A stretch of DNA of 64,000 nucleotides from Dehalococcoidia bacterium. GTDB lineage: Bacteria; Chloroflexota; Dehalococcoidia; Lucifugimonadales; GCA-2712585. Where the stretch lies: assembly GCA_963665075.1 (NCBI GenBank), contig OY762063.1:630844-694843 (forward strand), read 5' to 3'. The notes below the pieces were generated by a model. That model ran no database searches, was not told the DNA's origin, and worked only from the letters and a program-made list of their open reading frames with translations. The first letter of the stretch is position 1; each line of letters starts with the position of its first letter. The position numbers and the translations under genes are program-made. Shown here in pieces: positions 19,611 to 30,049 of the stretch.

Positions 19611-21077
19611 TTGAACAATCCCCCACATCATCCTGCACAGCTCCCATGTCATTCTGAACGAAGTGAAGAATCCCCATCCCCCAACCGTAACCTTTGCTTT
19701 CTAACCATCACGGAAGCGGCGAACCTGTTTCGCAGCCACAAGCTCTCCCCCATAGAATTGACCCAGGCCCAGCTGGACGCCATCGACCGGCTTGACCCAA
19801 CCCTTCGCACCTATGTAACCCTTCTGCCCGAACGGGCCATGTCCCAAGCCCGCCGCGCCGAAACCGAGATGAACCGCGGCGACTTTCACGGCCCCCTCCA
19901 CGGCATCCCTTACGCCCTCAAAGACCTCTTCTACACCAAGGGAGTCACCACCGAGGCCCACTCCAAGGTCATGGAGGGATTCACCCCCAACTATGACGCC
20001 CATGCGGTGACGCGCTTGAACGACGCCGGCGGCATCCTGCTGGGCAAGCAGGCGATGGGTGAATTCGCCGTCGGCGCGCTGGAAACAAAGCTGTATCCCA
20101 GGCCGCGCAACCCGTGGAATCTCGCCTACGACACAGGCGGCTCCAGCAGCGGCTCGGCGGCTTCCGTCGCCGCGGGGCTGGCTATGATGTCTCTCGGCAC
20201 CGACACCGGCGGCAGCATCCGCGGCCCTGCCTCGAACTGCGGCGTCGTTGGGCTGAAACCCACCTACGGACGCTTCAGCCGCCACGGCGTCGTCCCCCTC
20301 AGCTGGTCCCTCGACCACTGCGGCCCTCTGACTCGCACGGTGGAAGACGCCGCCCTGGTCCTGCAAGCCATCGCCGATCACGACCCCCGCGACCCCACCA
20401 GCAGCGCTCATCCTGTCTCCAACTACGCCGCAGCCCTCACCGGCGACGTGCGCGGTCTCGCCATCGGCGTGCCGCTCAGCTTCTTCGCCGACAGCGACGT
20501 GGACGCGGACCCGCAGATACTGACCGCCTTCGATGAAGCAATGAAGGTCTTTGAAGGCTTGGGCGTTCACCTTCGAGAGATAGACGTCCCCTCCCTCCGC
20601 TACTACCGCATGGCCCACACGACAATCATGCTTTCGGAAGCCTACTCAATCCACCGCAAGAACCTCGTCCAACGCGCCGACGACTACGCCTCCTCCACCT
20701 GGAACCACCTTGCCTCCGGCGCGGCCTTCACCGCGGCCGACTACATCCAGGCCCAGCGAATCCGAAGCCGCATGAGGCAGGAATTTCACGCCATCCTGAA
20801 GGACGTGGACGTCATTGTCCTTCCTACGAGCCACAAGACCGCCTGGCCCATCGGCGGAGGCGACGCGGTTGGGACTCTCGAACCCCAGAACTTCCGGGCC
20901 TGCTTCGACATGACGGGAATGCCCGCAATCACCCTCCCGTGCGGCTTCACCCAGGAAGGGCTGCCCATCGGCCTCCAACTGGCCGGCCGCTCTTTCGACG
21001 AAGCAACCGTCCTGCGCGCCGCCCACGCCTACGAGCAGGCCACCCCGTGGCATCGGCAAAGGCCCGCCCATGTCTGA
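19611..21077 (+). CDS. Amidase (amidase-signature family)
   Basis: TTG start with AAGGAGA 10 nt upstream. GGSSSGSAASVAA and GTDTGGSIRGPAS motifs. The first ~25 codons run through an intergenic-repeat-like element (HSERSEESPSP). Confidence 0.8.
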   Translation: MNNPPHHPAQLPCHSERSEESPSPNRNLCFLTITEAANLFRSHKLSPIELTQAQLDAIDRLDPTLRTYVTLLPERAMSQARRAETEMNRGDFHGPLHGIPYALKDLFYTKGVTTEAHSKVMEGFTPNYDAHAVTRLNDAGGILLGKQAMGEFAVGALETKLYPRPRNPWNLAYDTGGSSSGSAASVAAGLAMMSLGTDTGGSIRGPASNCGVVGLKPTYGRFSRHGVVPLSWSLDHCGPLTRTVEDAALVLQAIADHDPRDPTSSAHPVSNYAAALTGDVRGLAIGVPLSFFADSDVDADPQILTAFDEAMKVFEGLGVHLREIDVPSLRYYRMAHTTIMLSEAYSIHRKNLVQRADDYASSTWNHLASGAAFTAADYIQAQRIRSRMRQEFHAILKDVDVIVLPTSHKTAWPIGGGDAVGTLEPQNFRACFDMTGMPAITLPCGFTQEGLPIGLQLAGRSFDEATVLRAAHAYEQATPWHRQRPAHV

Positions 21078-21167
21078 GCGTCCCTTTCCGCCACCACTCG
21101 TCGGGACAACTTGAATATGGACGCTAGTCCGGGATACACTGGGATCAGTTTATGGAGGGAGCAAGCG

Positions 21168-21752
21168 ATGACCACTCAGGAAAATGTCGTCCAGCGCCTT
21201 AACGACATGAGCGATACGATGAACACAGTCACCGCAACCCAGCACTTGTTGATAGAGCTTCTGACTAACAGTCAGGAACAGTTGAAAGCTATACGGGAAG
21301 ACCAGAAAACACATAGGGAAGAGTTGCGGGTTCAGCAGGAAGATTTGAAAACGCATAGGGAAGAGTTGCGGATTCAGAAGGAAGATTTGAAAACGCATAG
21401 GGAGGAGTTGCGGGTTCAGAAGGAACAGCTGACAGCTATACGGCAAGACCAGAAAGCACAGCAGAAACAGTTGATAGTTCTGCGGGAAGATCATAACGCG
21501 CAGATGGCAGTTCTGCGGGAAGATCATAACGCGCAGATGGCAGCTATACGGCAAGACCAGAAAGCGCTTCATAAACAGTTAATAGCTCTGCGAGAAGACC
21601 ACAACGCGCAGATGACAGTTCTGCGGGAAGACCTCAAAACTCATCGGGGAGAGTTAAAGGAAGTGCGCCGGTTCAACCAGCAGACCCGGCGAATGTGGAT
21701 ACTGATAGCGCGAAAGATGGACTGGCTGGAGGAAGACGAAGACTTCGACTAA
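21168..21752 (+). CDS. Hypothetical coiled-coil protein built from tandem repeats
   Basis: ATG after GGAGGGA. Three 42-nt units (EDLKTHREELRxQx) and 33-nt units (VLREDHNAQMA). Acidic C-terminus WLEEDEDFD. Confidence 0.5.
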   Translation: MTTQENVVQRLNDMSDTMNTVTATQHLLIELLTNSQEQLKAIREDQKTHREELRVQQEDLKTHREELRIQKEDLKTHREELRVQKEQLTAIRQDQKAQQKQLIVLREDHNAQMAVLREDHNAQMAAIRQDQKALHKQLIALREDHNAQMTVLREDLKTHRGELKEVRRFNQQTRRMWILIARKMDWLEEDEDFD

Positions 21753-21928
21753 TCGAGTGTTCTTCTCCACGTTTGCCTCATCCAACGTGGGGTACGCAAA
21801 TGTCTGTCTCCCGCAAGCAGCTTGAATGCGGGCCGTGGTTCAGGATACATTACGATTAGCTAGCATGGGAGTATGCGAGATCACGTCATGAGGATGTCAT
21901 CCAACGCCTTAACGACACGAGTGATACG

Positions 21929-22213
21929 ATGAACATAGCCAAAGCAACCCAACGCATGGCGTTGGAGCTTCTGGCTAGACAACAAGGACATTTGGGTGCT
22001 ATACGGGAGGACCGGATAACGCATCAGGAACAGCTGAATGTTATGCGGGAAGACCATAACGCTCAGATGGCAGTTTTGCGGGAAGAACTTAAGCTCCATC
22101 GGGAAGAATTACAGGCAATGCATCGCTTCAACCAGCAGACCCGGCGGTTGTGGATTCTAATTGCCAGAAACATGAACTGGTTGGGGGAGGACGAAGAAGA
22201 CTACTTCGATTAA
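21929..22213 (+). CDS. Short paralogue of the coiled-coil protein (possibly decaying)
   Basis: Shares VIQRLND.SDTMN, REDHNAQMAVLREELK and the C-terminal FNQQTRRLWILIARNMNWL..DEE with 21168..21752. The upstream region is also homologous, but the ancestral ATG is lost. Confidence 0.4.
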   Translation: MNIAKATQRMALELLARQQGHLGAIREDRITHQEQLNVMREDHNAQMAVLREELKLHREELQAMHRFNQQTRRLWILIARNMNWLGEDEEDYFD

Positions 22214-22273
22214 CGCGTAATCGCCCCGCGCCAAATCCCGCAAACGCACAACTCTGTCCGAGGCAAAAAAGAG

Positions 22274-22345
22274 AGCCAACGGTGGGAATCGAACCCACGA
22301 CCTGCGGTTTACGAAACCGCTGCTCTGCCTCTGAGCTACGTTGGC
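22274..22345 (-). tRNA. tRNA-Thr (anticodon CGT)
   Basis: Manual cloverleaf: acceptor GCCAACG/CGTTGGC, anticodon stem GCGGT/ACCGC, loop TTCGTAA, T-loop TTCGATT. Confidence 0.85.
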
Positions 22346-23868
22346 CCGGTGTCCGTCAGTCGCGCCAGCTCCTCAATCTGCGATACCAGCCAATGGCTGA
22401 TGTCCTCCCGCCGGATGCTGTCCGCCAATTCCGTGGCGCGCCGCTTTCGTTCGTCACCACCCATTGTAATCGCCTGATACATCGCTTGCATAGTGCCCTC
22501 CAGGTCCGACGGCGAGACCGTCAACGCCCCGTGCTTCAACTGCTGATGCGCCCCCGTCGTCTCCGATAGAATCAGCACCCCGTCCCTGGAATTCACCAGC
22601 GGCCCTTCCTTCGCCACCAGATTCATCCCGTCGATGACAGCGTTTATCAGCAGCGCGTCGTACACCTTCATGCCCGCGATGGCCTGGGTGTAGTTATTTT
22701 CGAAATAGGGCCTAACCGGCTGCCAGTCTTCGGTGCCGTACATGGAATTGATGTCGCCGATGATGCGACGGATGTCGTCCATGTACCGCTGGTACTGCCG
22801 GATGTGCGTCCGCGACGGAACAAGGAACGCCATGAACGACACCTTTCCGTGAAGCTCCGGGTAGCGCGCGAGCAGCAACTGAAAGGCCCGGAACCCCCGG
22901 ATGACGTTCTTGCTAGGCTCCGCCCGGTCCACCCGAATTATCGCCTTCCCCTGCATCTCCGACCGCAGCCTGCGTTCGTAGTCCCGCGCCCGCGGCGAAT
23001 CGGCGATGCGGATAATCTCATCCACGTTCACGGATATGGGGTAAGCCCGAACGTGACACGCCCTTCCGTCGTGATAGACCACCCGGTTATTGTGGTCAAC
23101 CTCGTACTCCGGCAGAAACTCCTCGCAGGAATCCAGGAAATTCCGCACGTCGTCAATCGACTGGAATCCCACCACGTCGGCGGCGACAAGACTGCGGCAG
23201 ATCTGGTTGCGGATGTAGCTCGGCAACAGCTTCCAGTAGCGGGCCGCCGGCCACGGAATGTGGGTGAAGTGCTGAATCGCCGCGTCCGGCAACCCCTCCC
23301 GAATCAACCCCGGCGCCAGGTACAGATGATAATCGTGGGTCATAACAATCGGAGGCTTGTCGCTCTGCAACCCCTCGTCTATCACCATCCGCGCCACGTT
23401 TTCGTTGACAGTCACGTAACCGTTGTTCCACGCGTCGTGCACGTTCGAGTCCACGTTGGGACTGTACGGCGAATTCCACATATAATGCTGCAAGAACCAC
23501 AGCAGCGGATTGCAGAACACGTTGTAATACTTGTGATAAATGCGCCGCGCCGTGGAAACGTACCGCACCTGCGCCCGCTGCCCCGGCAACTTCGACCGAA
23601 TCTTCGCCCCCCGGCTCTCCGCCGCCACCCGCCTGTCCCCCTCCCCCATCGCCGTCGCCACCCACGTGAAATCCAGCATCCTCGTCAGAGAACTCAGCGC
23701 CGTAACCACCCCGCCGCTGCCCCTTCGCGCCTCCAACCGCCCGTCATAGCGGACGTAATGCTCCACGGGGCCCCGGTTGCTGGCGAGAATCAAGGGGCGT
23801 TCGGAAAGCACCGTGCCGCACAACTCCCGCAGCCGTTCCCACTCTCCAGCGTGCCTTCCATCATCCAT
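22336..23868 (-). CDS. otsA: Alpha,alpha-trehalose-phosphate synthase (GT20 family)
   Basis: LILASNRGPVEH..., FCNPLLWFLQHYMW, HDYHLYLAP and LINAVIDGMNLVAKE are typical OtsA/GT20 blocks. Confidence 0.8.
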   Translation of the reverse strand: MDDGRHAGEWERLRELCGTVLSERPLILASNRGPVEHYVRYDGRLEARRGSGGVVTALSSLTRMLDFTWVATAMGEGDRRVAAESRGAKIRSKLPGQRAQVRYVSTARRIYHKYYNVFCNPLLWFLQHYMWNSPYSPNVDSNVHDAWNNGYVTVNENVARMVIDEGLQSDKPPIVMTHDYHLYLAPGLIREGLPDAAIQHFTHIPWPAARYWKLLPSYIRNQICRSLVAADVVGFQSIDDVRNFLDSCEEFLPEYEVDHNNRVVYHDGRACHVRAYPISVNVDEIIRIADSPRARDYERRLRSEMQGKAIIRVDRAEPSKNVIRGFRAFQLLLARYPELHGKVSFMAFLVPSRTHIRQYQRYMDDIRRIIGDINSMYGTEDWQPVRPYFENNYTQAIAGMKVYDALLINAVIDGMNLVAKEGPLVNSRDGVLILSETTGAHQQLKHGALTVSPSDLEGTMQAMYQAITMGGDERKRRATELADSIRREDISHWLVSQIEELARLTDTGPT

Positions 23869-23992
23869 AGCGCATCATAGCCCTATAACTTCATCGACTT
23901 CCCCGTCCTTGCGGGGAAGCGCCAATCCAGCGCAATCTAGCACCTGCCCCCAGGGTTGTCAACTTGAGAATCCCAATCCACAATAACTGCGG

Positions 23993-24022
23993 TTGACATT
24001 CCCAAATCCCTTTATGTATAAT
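23993..24022 (+). promoter_or_regulatory. Candidate sigma70-type rRNA promoter
   Basis: TTGACA (23993-23998), 18-nt spacer, TATAAT (24017-24022), ~75 nt upstream of the 16S 5' end. Confidence 0.5.
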
Positions 24023-24062
24023 CAGGCCAAGCCTCCCAATCGGAGGCCCTCAAATCCTTTAG

Positions 24063-24096
24063 CACCTTAACAGTTGGATAGTGGAAGGAAGTAAGG
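24063..24096 (+). other. 5' half of 16S precursor processing stem (pairs with 25762-25794)
   Basis: CACCTTAACAGTTGGATAGTGGAAGGAAGTAAGG is nearly perfectly complementary to CTTGCTTCCTTCCACTATCCACAGGTTAAGGTG downstream of the 16S. Confidence 0.75.
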
Positions 24097-24098
24097 TA

Positions 24099-25616
<1,518 letters not shown>

Positions 25617-25761
25617 GGGAGCGCCAATCCGCCTAACAAACGGATTCACTCCCAGGTCGATCGGTGGGCGCCCTGCAAGTTGTCTAGGTCGAGCCAGGCT
25701 CCCGAAGCAGCAAACAGGGCCCTGAGAAAACCCGCCGTTTCAATCGGTAGCAACACAACTT

Positions 25762-25794
25762 CTTGCTTCCTTCCACTATCCACAGGTTAAGGTG
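25762..25794 (+). other. 3' half of 16S precursor processing stem
   Basis: Reverse complement matches 24063-24096 apart from a 3-nt internal bulge and one G-U pair. Confidence 0.75.
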
Positions 25795-25806
25795 TTTTGA
25801 CGAAAA

Positions 25807-25837
25807 GAAGCCGGGCAACCCCCGGCTTCTTTCTTCT
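25807..25837 (+). terminator. Rho-independent terminator closing the 16S transcription unit
   Basis: Stem GAAGCCGGG / CCCGGCTTC and loop CAACC, followed by TTTCTTCT. Confidence 0.7.
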
Positions 25838-28800
25838 ATAATAGGAGTGAAGGAACCTAATTCTTGGACAAAAGTGACAATGATTAGCAAAGCAGAGATT
25901 AAGAACCGCGTACTCACCGATAACACCGCTCAAGGAGTTCTCAATCACCTAAGGGAACTCGAATCAAACCGCGCTCGCATGCAAAGGCGATGGATTTGGG
26001 AGCTTTTGCAGAACGCCCGAGATGCTTCCCATGAGGATGACACTCACCTTGTCGCCTCAGTTGAACTTTGCAGTGGCGAGCTTGTCTTTCAACACAATGG
26101 CCGCGGATTCACTATGGAGGAAGTTGCTCACCTTATTTACCACGGCTCCACAAAACTTGAGGATGAGGAGACGATAGGACAGTACGGTAGCGGGTTTCTG
26201 ACAACTCATCTATTGTCGCCAACCATTGATGTTTCCGGGCAACTCGATGACAAGCGACCTTTTGAGTTTCGACTCAAACGTGAAATTACCTCCGCCAAGG
26301 CCCTAAGCAACTCAATGGATAGAGCATGGGATCAGTTCGATGCGTCTACCGAAGCTGTAGCAGATAGTTATACGACTCGATTCCGATACCCGTTGGAGGA
26401 AGAAGCAACTGGCGCAGTTGAGGAAGGGATTAAAACGCTAAAGCAATGCGCTCCCTTTGTGGTCGTATTCAATCGTCAGTTTCGGAGCATCAATATTCAG
26501 TCCCCAGACGAAGCCACAACCTTCGAAGTAGTCGAACGAGTCACTTTGGCAGAAGGATTATATTCAGTCAGGGTGGGAGTAACGGAACAAGGAGCATTAA
26601 GGGTACAACAATACCTTCTTGCGGAAGGTACACAAGCATCCGTGACCATTCGTATTGAATCGACGGACGATGGGGTAGAATGCCTAGCACTCCAAGACAT
26701 TCCGAGGCTCTTTCTTGGGTTTCCTTTGGTAGGGACAGAGACATTCAGCTTTCCAGCCATTATCAATAGCTTTGCATTCACTCCAACTGAAAACAGAGAT
26801 GGTGTATATCTTGGCCAGAGCAATGATGAGGCTAACCAAAACAATCAAGCAGCTATCGAAGAAGCTTTCGACTTGCACACAAAGTTGATCAAGTTTGTGG
26901 CAGAATCCCGGTGGGCCAATGTCCATACGCTGGCAAACATCCCAACAATCACTGAACAACGTTGGCTCAGTAGAGAGTGGCTGAATGACCGACTTAGACA
27001 GCTTGTGTCTCAAGTTCGCCAAACGCCCGCGGTTCTCAGTGGTGATGCCGCATTGCTTCCAAAGGATTCCATTGTCCCGCTGGCTACAGAGGACATCAAC
27101 ACGGAGGCCCTTTGGGACCTATTGAGTCAGGTCAAAGCCCTCCAGCAAAAATTACCGGCGCGAAATGAAGCCAACGGTTGGCGCGTGGCGGTCGAGAGCT
27201 GGGCGCAAATTGCAGATTACGATGCGACTTCATTCGGCGAAGGTTTTGATAGCAGCAAATTAGTGTCGTACGTTGAAGAAGCAACCAAGCATAGCAGCAA
27301 CTCCAACATTGCCACACTTGAACAAGTTGTAGATGTAGATGCGGTCGCATGGCTAGACAGGTTTTATCAGTTTCTCAAGGATGAAAATACTGAAAATCTG
27401 ATTCGCGAGCGTAACATCGTCCTTAATCAAGCTGGCTATCTGGGCAAGCTCGTCAATCTGCACCGTGACAACGAAATTGATGAAGAGTTGAAGGCCATCG
27501 GGGACGATGTCCTTGACCTTAGGTTTAGAGTGCGACTTCGTGACGTTCGTCTCACTTCTCTCGCAAATGAACCTGGCAAGGGAGACCTCGGAAATAATGA
27601 AGTAAGCAGAGCAGTTGCGGATAAGCTGCAAGAGCTTAGTAATGAAGATGATATCGGAATCCAGTTCGCACATGCTAGCCCGCGTTTCTTGACGTGGTTA
27701 GTAACAAACAAGCAATTGGGGAGTTTGACAGGATTCCCAGCGTTCTCCAAGAGGTCCAACATCGGTAATCGTGCGGTGCTTTGGTTAGGGCAGAAAGGAA
27801 ATATCAATGCAGATATACCTCTTGCTCCTATCAACGCATGGGCAAAGGATCTTCAGCCATTTGCAGACATCTTTCCGTGGCGATACATTCTGGCCGAAGA
27901 TTATTTCGCAGCAATGCCTCAGACTGACGTTTGGCGGATGCTCAGTGAAGAAGGATATGTGAGGACGGATGTAGTGGTAAACAGCAACAATACCATTAGT
28001 GACTTCCTCCCAGACGAACCATTGCCGGAAGACGAACACATTACAGTCGAAGACATCACCCAAACTGAAATTGCCTTCCTTACTCGAACCAGAGAACGAG
28101 TCGGGATTATGGCGCGCCTGCGTGACAGTCAAGCACGTGCTAGACTGTTCTGGCGCTTCTTGACAGAATGGTTAATCACACACGATTCAGAAGGTTTGGA
28201 GCCTCAGTCAGCGAACTGTAAATGTGGCGTTTCCCATAGGTATTATCCCGCACGATGGCTGGTGCCGGTTGTGAGGAATATATGGGTACCGCAGGGAAAT
28301 GACATACATGATAGGGCAACAGCCCAGTCCCTAGCCAAGCTCCTTAGGGGCAGTGGGTGGACTCCCAATGCACTAAGCGACAACCCCACCGCTCTTAAAT
28401 TTCTGGAAGCAATCCGAGTGACGCGCTTTGACCTCGTGAGGCATTTCGCCGCGAGCGATGAGGAATCCCAATCTGCTCTAGATGAAGATTTGACCAAGAT
28501 TCTGGTTGCCACGGATGGAGATCTCAGTCATGTCAAGGCCTTCATGGAGGATATGAAGACGGATAAAGACTTCCTTAAGCACCTTGAAGAGCGTCGAAAA
28601 ACGAGGAGGGATGTACATGAAAACCAACGCATTGGGTCTCTTGTCGAAGACTTGGTGAAGGATGGTTTGGAAGACGAGGGATTCACCGTTAAACCCACCG
28701 GAATTGGTTCTGACTTCGAGATCGAATATGACAGGATTGAAGGTGACCAAGAGGTAGGAATAGAGTTGTCGCGAAACGGTCGAACTTGGTTGGTTGAAGT

Positions 28801-29160
28801 CAAGTCTACACGAGAGCAACGAGTGCGGATGACGACCAAACAGGCCGAAACAGCTGTGGAGAAAGGCGATGGTTTCCTACTCTGTGTGGTTCCTGTAGGA
28901 AACGATGGAACTAACCTAGAGAAGGAAGAAGTGAGAGCCAACATGCGATTCGTGCAAAATATCGGACCACTCGTTGAGCCTCAATGCACAAAACTCGATT
29001 TGTTGAATAATGTCCGTGACTTCGCCACAGCCCCCAGCGATGATGACATCCGATTGGAAATTGAAGGTGGCACAGCGCGAATAAGCGTCAATGACGCTGT
29101 ATGGCAAGATGGGATATGTCTCAGCGACCTCTCTACGAAGCTAATGTAGCGTAGAATGCG
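25838..29160. other. AT-richer island 1 (single defence-type gene, no recombinase)
   Basis: Composition drops right after the 16S terminator (a spot-counted line is ~50% G+C versus ~65% in the backbone) and recovers near 29160. Confidence 0.55.
25880..29149 (+). CDS. GHKL (sacsin/HSP90/MORC-like) ATPase fused to C-terminal DUF3883 / PD-(D/E)xK-like nuclease domain, 1,089 aa
   Basis: N-box WELLQNARDAS, G1 FQHNGRGFT, G2 GQYGSGFLT. C-terminus has GSDFEIEY...WLVEVKST (D...EVK). The track ORF start at 25763 runs through the rRNA processing stem and terminator and is rejected. Confidence 0.7.
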   Translation: MISKAEIKNRVLTDNTAQGVLNHLRELESNRARMQRRWIWELLQNARDASHEDDTHLVASVELCSGELVFQHNGRGFTMEEVAHLIYHGSTKLEDEETIGQYGSGFLTTHLLSPTIDVSGQLDDKRPFEFRLKREITSAKALSNSMDRAWDQFDASTEAVADSYTTRFRYPLEEEATGAVEEGIKTLKQCAPFVVVFNRQFRSINIQSPDEATTFEVVERVTLAEGLYSVRVGVTEQGALRVQQYLLAEGTQASVTIRIESTDDGVECLALQDIPRLFLGFPLVGTETFSFPAIINSFAFTPTENRDGVYLGQSNDEANQNNQAAIEEAFDLHTKLIKFVAESRWANVHTLANIPTITEQRWLSREWLNDRLRQLVSQVRQTPAVLSGDAALLPKDSIVPLATEDINTEALWDLLSQVKALQQKLPARNEANGWRVAVESWAQIADYDATSFGEGFDSSKLVSYVEEATKHSSNSNIATLEQVVDVDAVAWLDRFYQFLKDENTENLIRERNIVLNQAGYLGKLVNLHRDNEIDEELKAIGDDVLDLRFRVRLRDVRLTSLANEPGKGDLGNNEVSRAVADKLQELSNEDDIGIQFAHASPRFLTWLVTNKQLGSLTGFPAFSKRSNIGNRAVLWLGQKGNINADIPLAPINAWAKDLQPFADIFPWRYILAEDYFAAMPQTDVWRMLSEEGYVRTDVVVNSNNTISDFLPDEPLPEDEHITVEDITQTEIAFLTRTRERVGIMARLRDSQARARLFWRFLTEWLITHDSEGLEPQSANCKCGVSHRYYPARWLVPVVRNIWVPQGNDIHDRATAQSLAKLLRGSGWTPNALSDNPTALKFLEAIRVTRFDLVRHFAASDEESQSALDEDLTKILVATDGDLSHVKAFMEDMKTDKDFLKHLEERRKTRRDVHENQRIGSLVEDLVKDGLEDEGFTVKPTGIGSDFEIEYDRIEGDQEVGIELSRNGRTWLVEVKSTREQRVRMTTKQAETAVEKGDGFLLCVVPVGNDGTNLEKEEVRANMRFVQNIGPLVEPQCTKLDLLNNVRDFATAPSDDDIRLEIEGGTARISVNDAVWQDGICLSDLSTKLM

Positions 29161-29183
29161 GTGGGGCGTATTTGGTGTATTCA

Positions 29184-29258
29184 CCCGCTTTCCCCCTATC
29201 ATTAGGGCTGATGCCAACCACCGCCAAAGGAGGAATTCAAGGCTGAATACATACCCTC
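29184..29258 (+). repeat. Degenerate copy of the promoter/RBS/first codons of the downstream DDN gene (partner 30002-30069)
   Basis: CCCGCTTTCCCnCTATCATTAG...AAGGAGGAATTCAnGGCnGAATACATACCCTC is shared. Copy A has AAG where copy B has the ATG. Confidence 0.6.
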
Positions 29259-29323
29259 TCCACCCAATAAGCCCGAGCCGAGGGCACAAACCCGCGACAC
29301 GCCGGGCATCCCGAAGCTGAACC

Positions 29324-29854
29324 CTATTTCTCCGGAGCCTCCACGGGCAGATCGGTTGTGACAATGGCGAAAATTCCCTCCGCATCCCGCATCGGCAACG
29401 ACCGGGTGACCATCCAGATTTCACCGCCGCCCGCATCGAAATAAGGCTCAGTCCACACCCCTGAGTTCGCGGCAAGGGGCGCCGTGAACCACTCCTGCGC
29501 CTCGATGTTGTAGGAGGGAGTCGCAAGATCAACGCTGGCATATCCGTCGTCAGTGCGATAGACGTATGGGCAGGCGACGACTGCGCCCGTCCGATCCAGC
29601 AAAGCCGCCCCACTGCCAAAGAAAGACGGATGCTCCTCCAAGTATGCCCGCAACCGCTCCGCATACGCCGTCGCATCAGCCGGCCGATCCGCCACCAACT
29701 CCGCCGCAAACGCATCCAGCGCCGTGACCACGGCGTCCCGCAAGTCCTCCTCATCGTAAGCGTCGTCGCCGCAACCCTGCACGGCCACCAGTGTAAGCAT
29801 CACCAGGAACGCAGCTATCAATGCTCTCATCGTCACCCTTTCAGCCATCGTCAT
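29324..29854 (-). CDS. Lipoprotein with Cache/PDC-like sensor fold (no output domain)
   Basis: Signal plus lipobox AVQGCGDD. C-terminal WTEPYFDAGGGEIWMVT is typical of Cache-type ligand-binding domains. The start may be the ATG at 29830. Confidence 0.5.
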   Translation of the reverse strand: MTMAERVTMRALIAAFLVMLTLVAVQGCGDDAYDEEDLRDAVVTALDAFAAELVADRPADATAYAERLRAYLEEHPSFFGSGAALLDRTGAVVACPYVYRTDDGYASVDLATPSYNIEAQEWFTAPLAANSGVWTEPYFDAGGGEIWMVTRSLPMRDAEGIFAIVTTDLPVEAPEK

Positions 29855-30049
29855 CCGAATCTAACAAACTTAACCGACTCATGCAAAGCTGTCACTACAA
29901 GCAAACGTTCGCGATTCACCCTCCGGTTCATTTCAACCAATGAGGCTGCCGGAACCGTGCGTCCGATGAAAGTGCATATCTCCCACCTAACTAGCGTCTT
30001 CCCCGCTTTCCCACTATCATTAGCCACAACCATCAGCAAGGAGGAATTC

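Noticed and set aside
25763-25879. N-terminal 39 codons of the 1,128-aa track ORF
   Set aside because: This part runs through the 3' half of the rRNA processing stem and the rho-independent terminator. The protein family sequence starts at the ATG at 25880.
28981-29754. 257-aa minus-strand ORF crossing the island-1 boundary
   Set aside because: It is an Arg/Trp/Cys-rich wrong-frame read overlapping the real lipoprotein frame and the 3' end of the GHKL gene. It has no family features.
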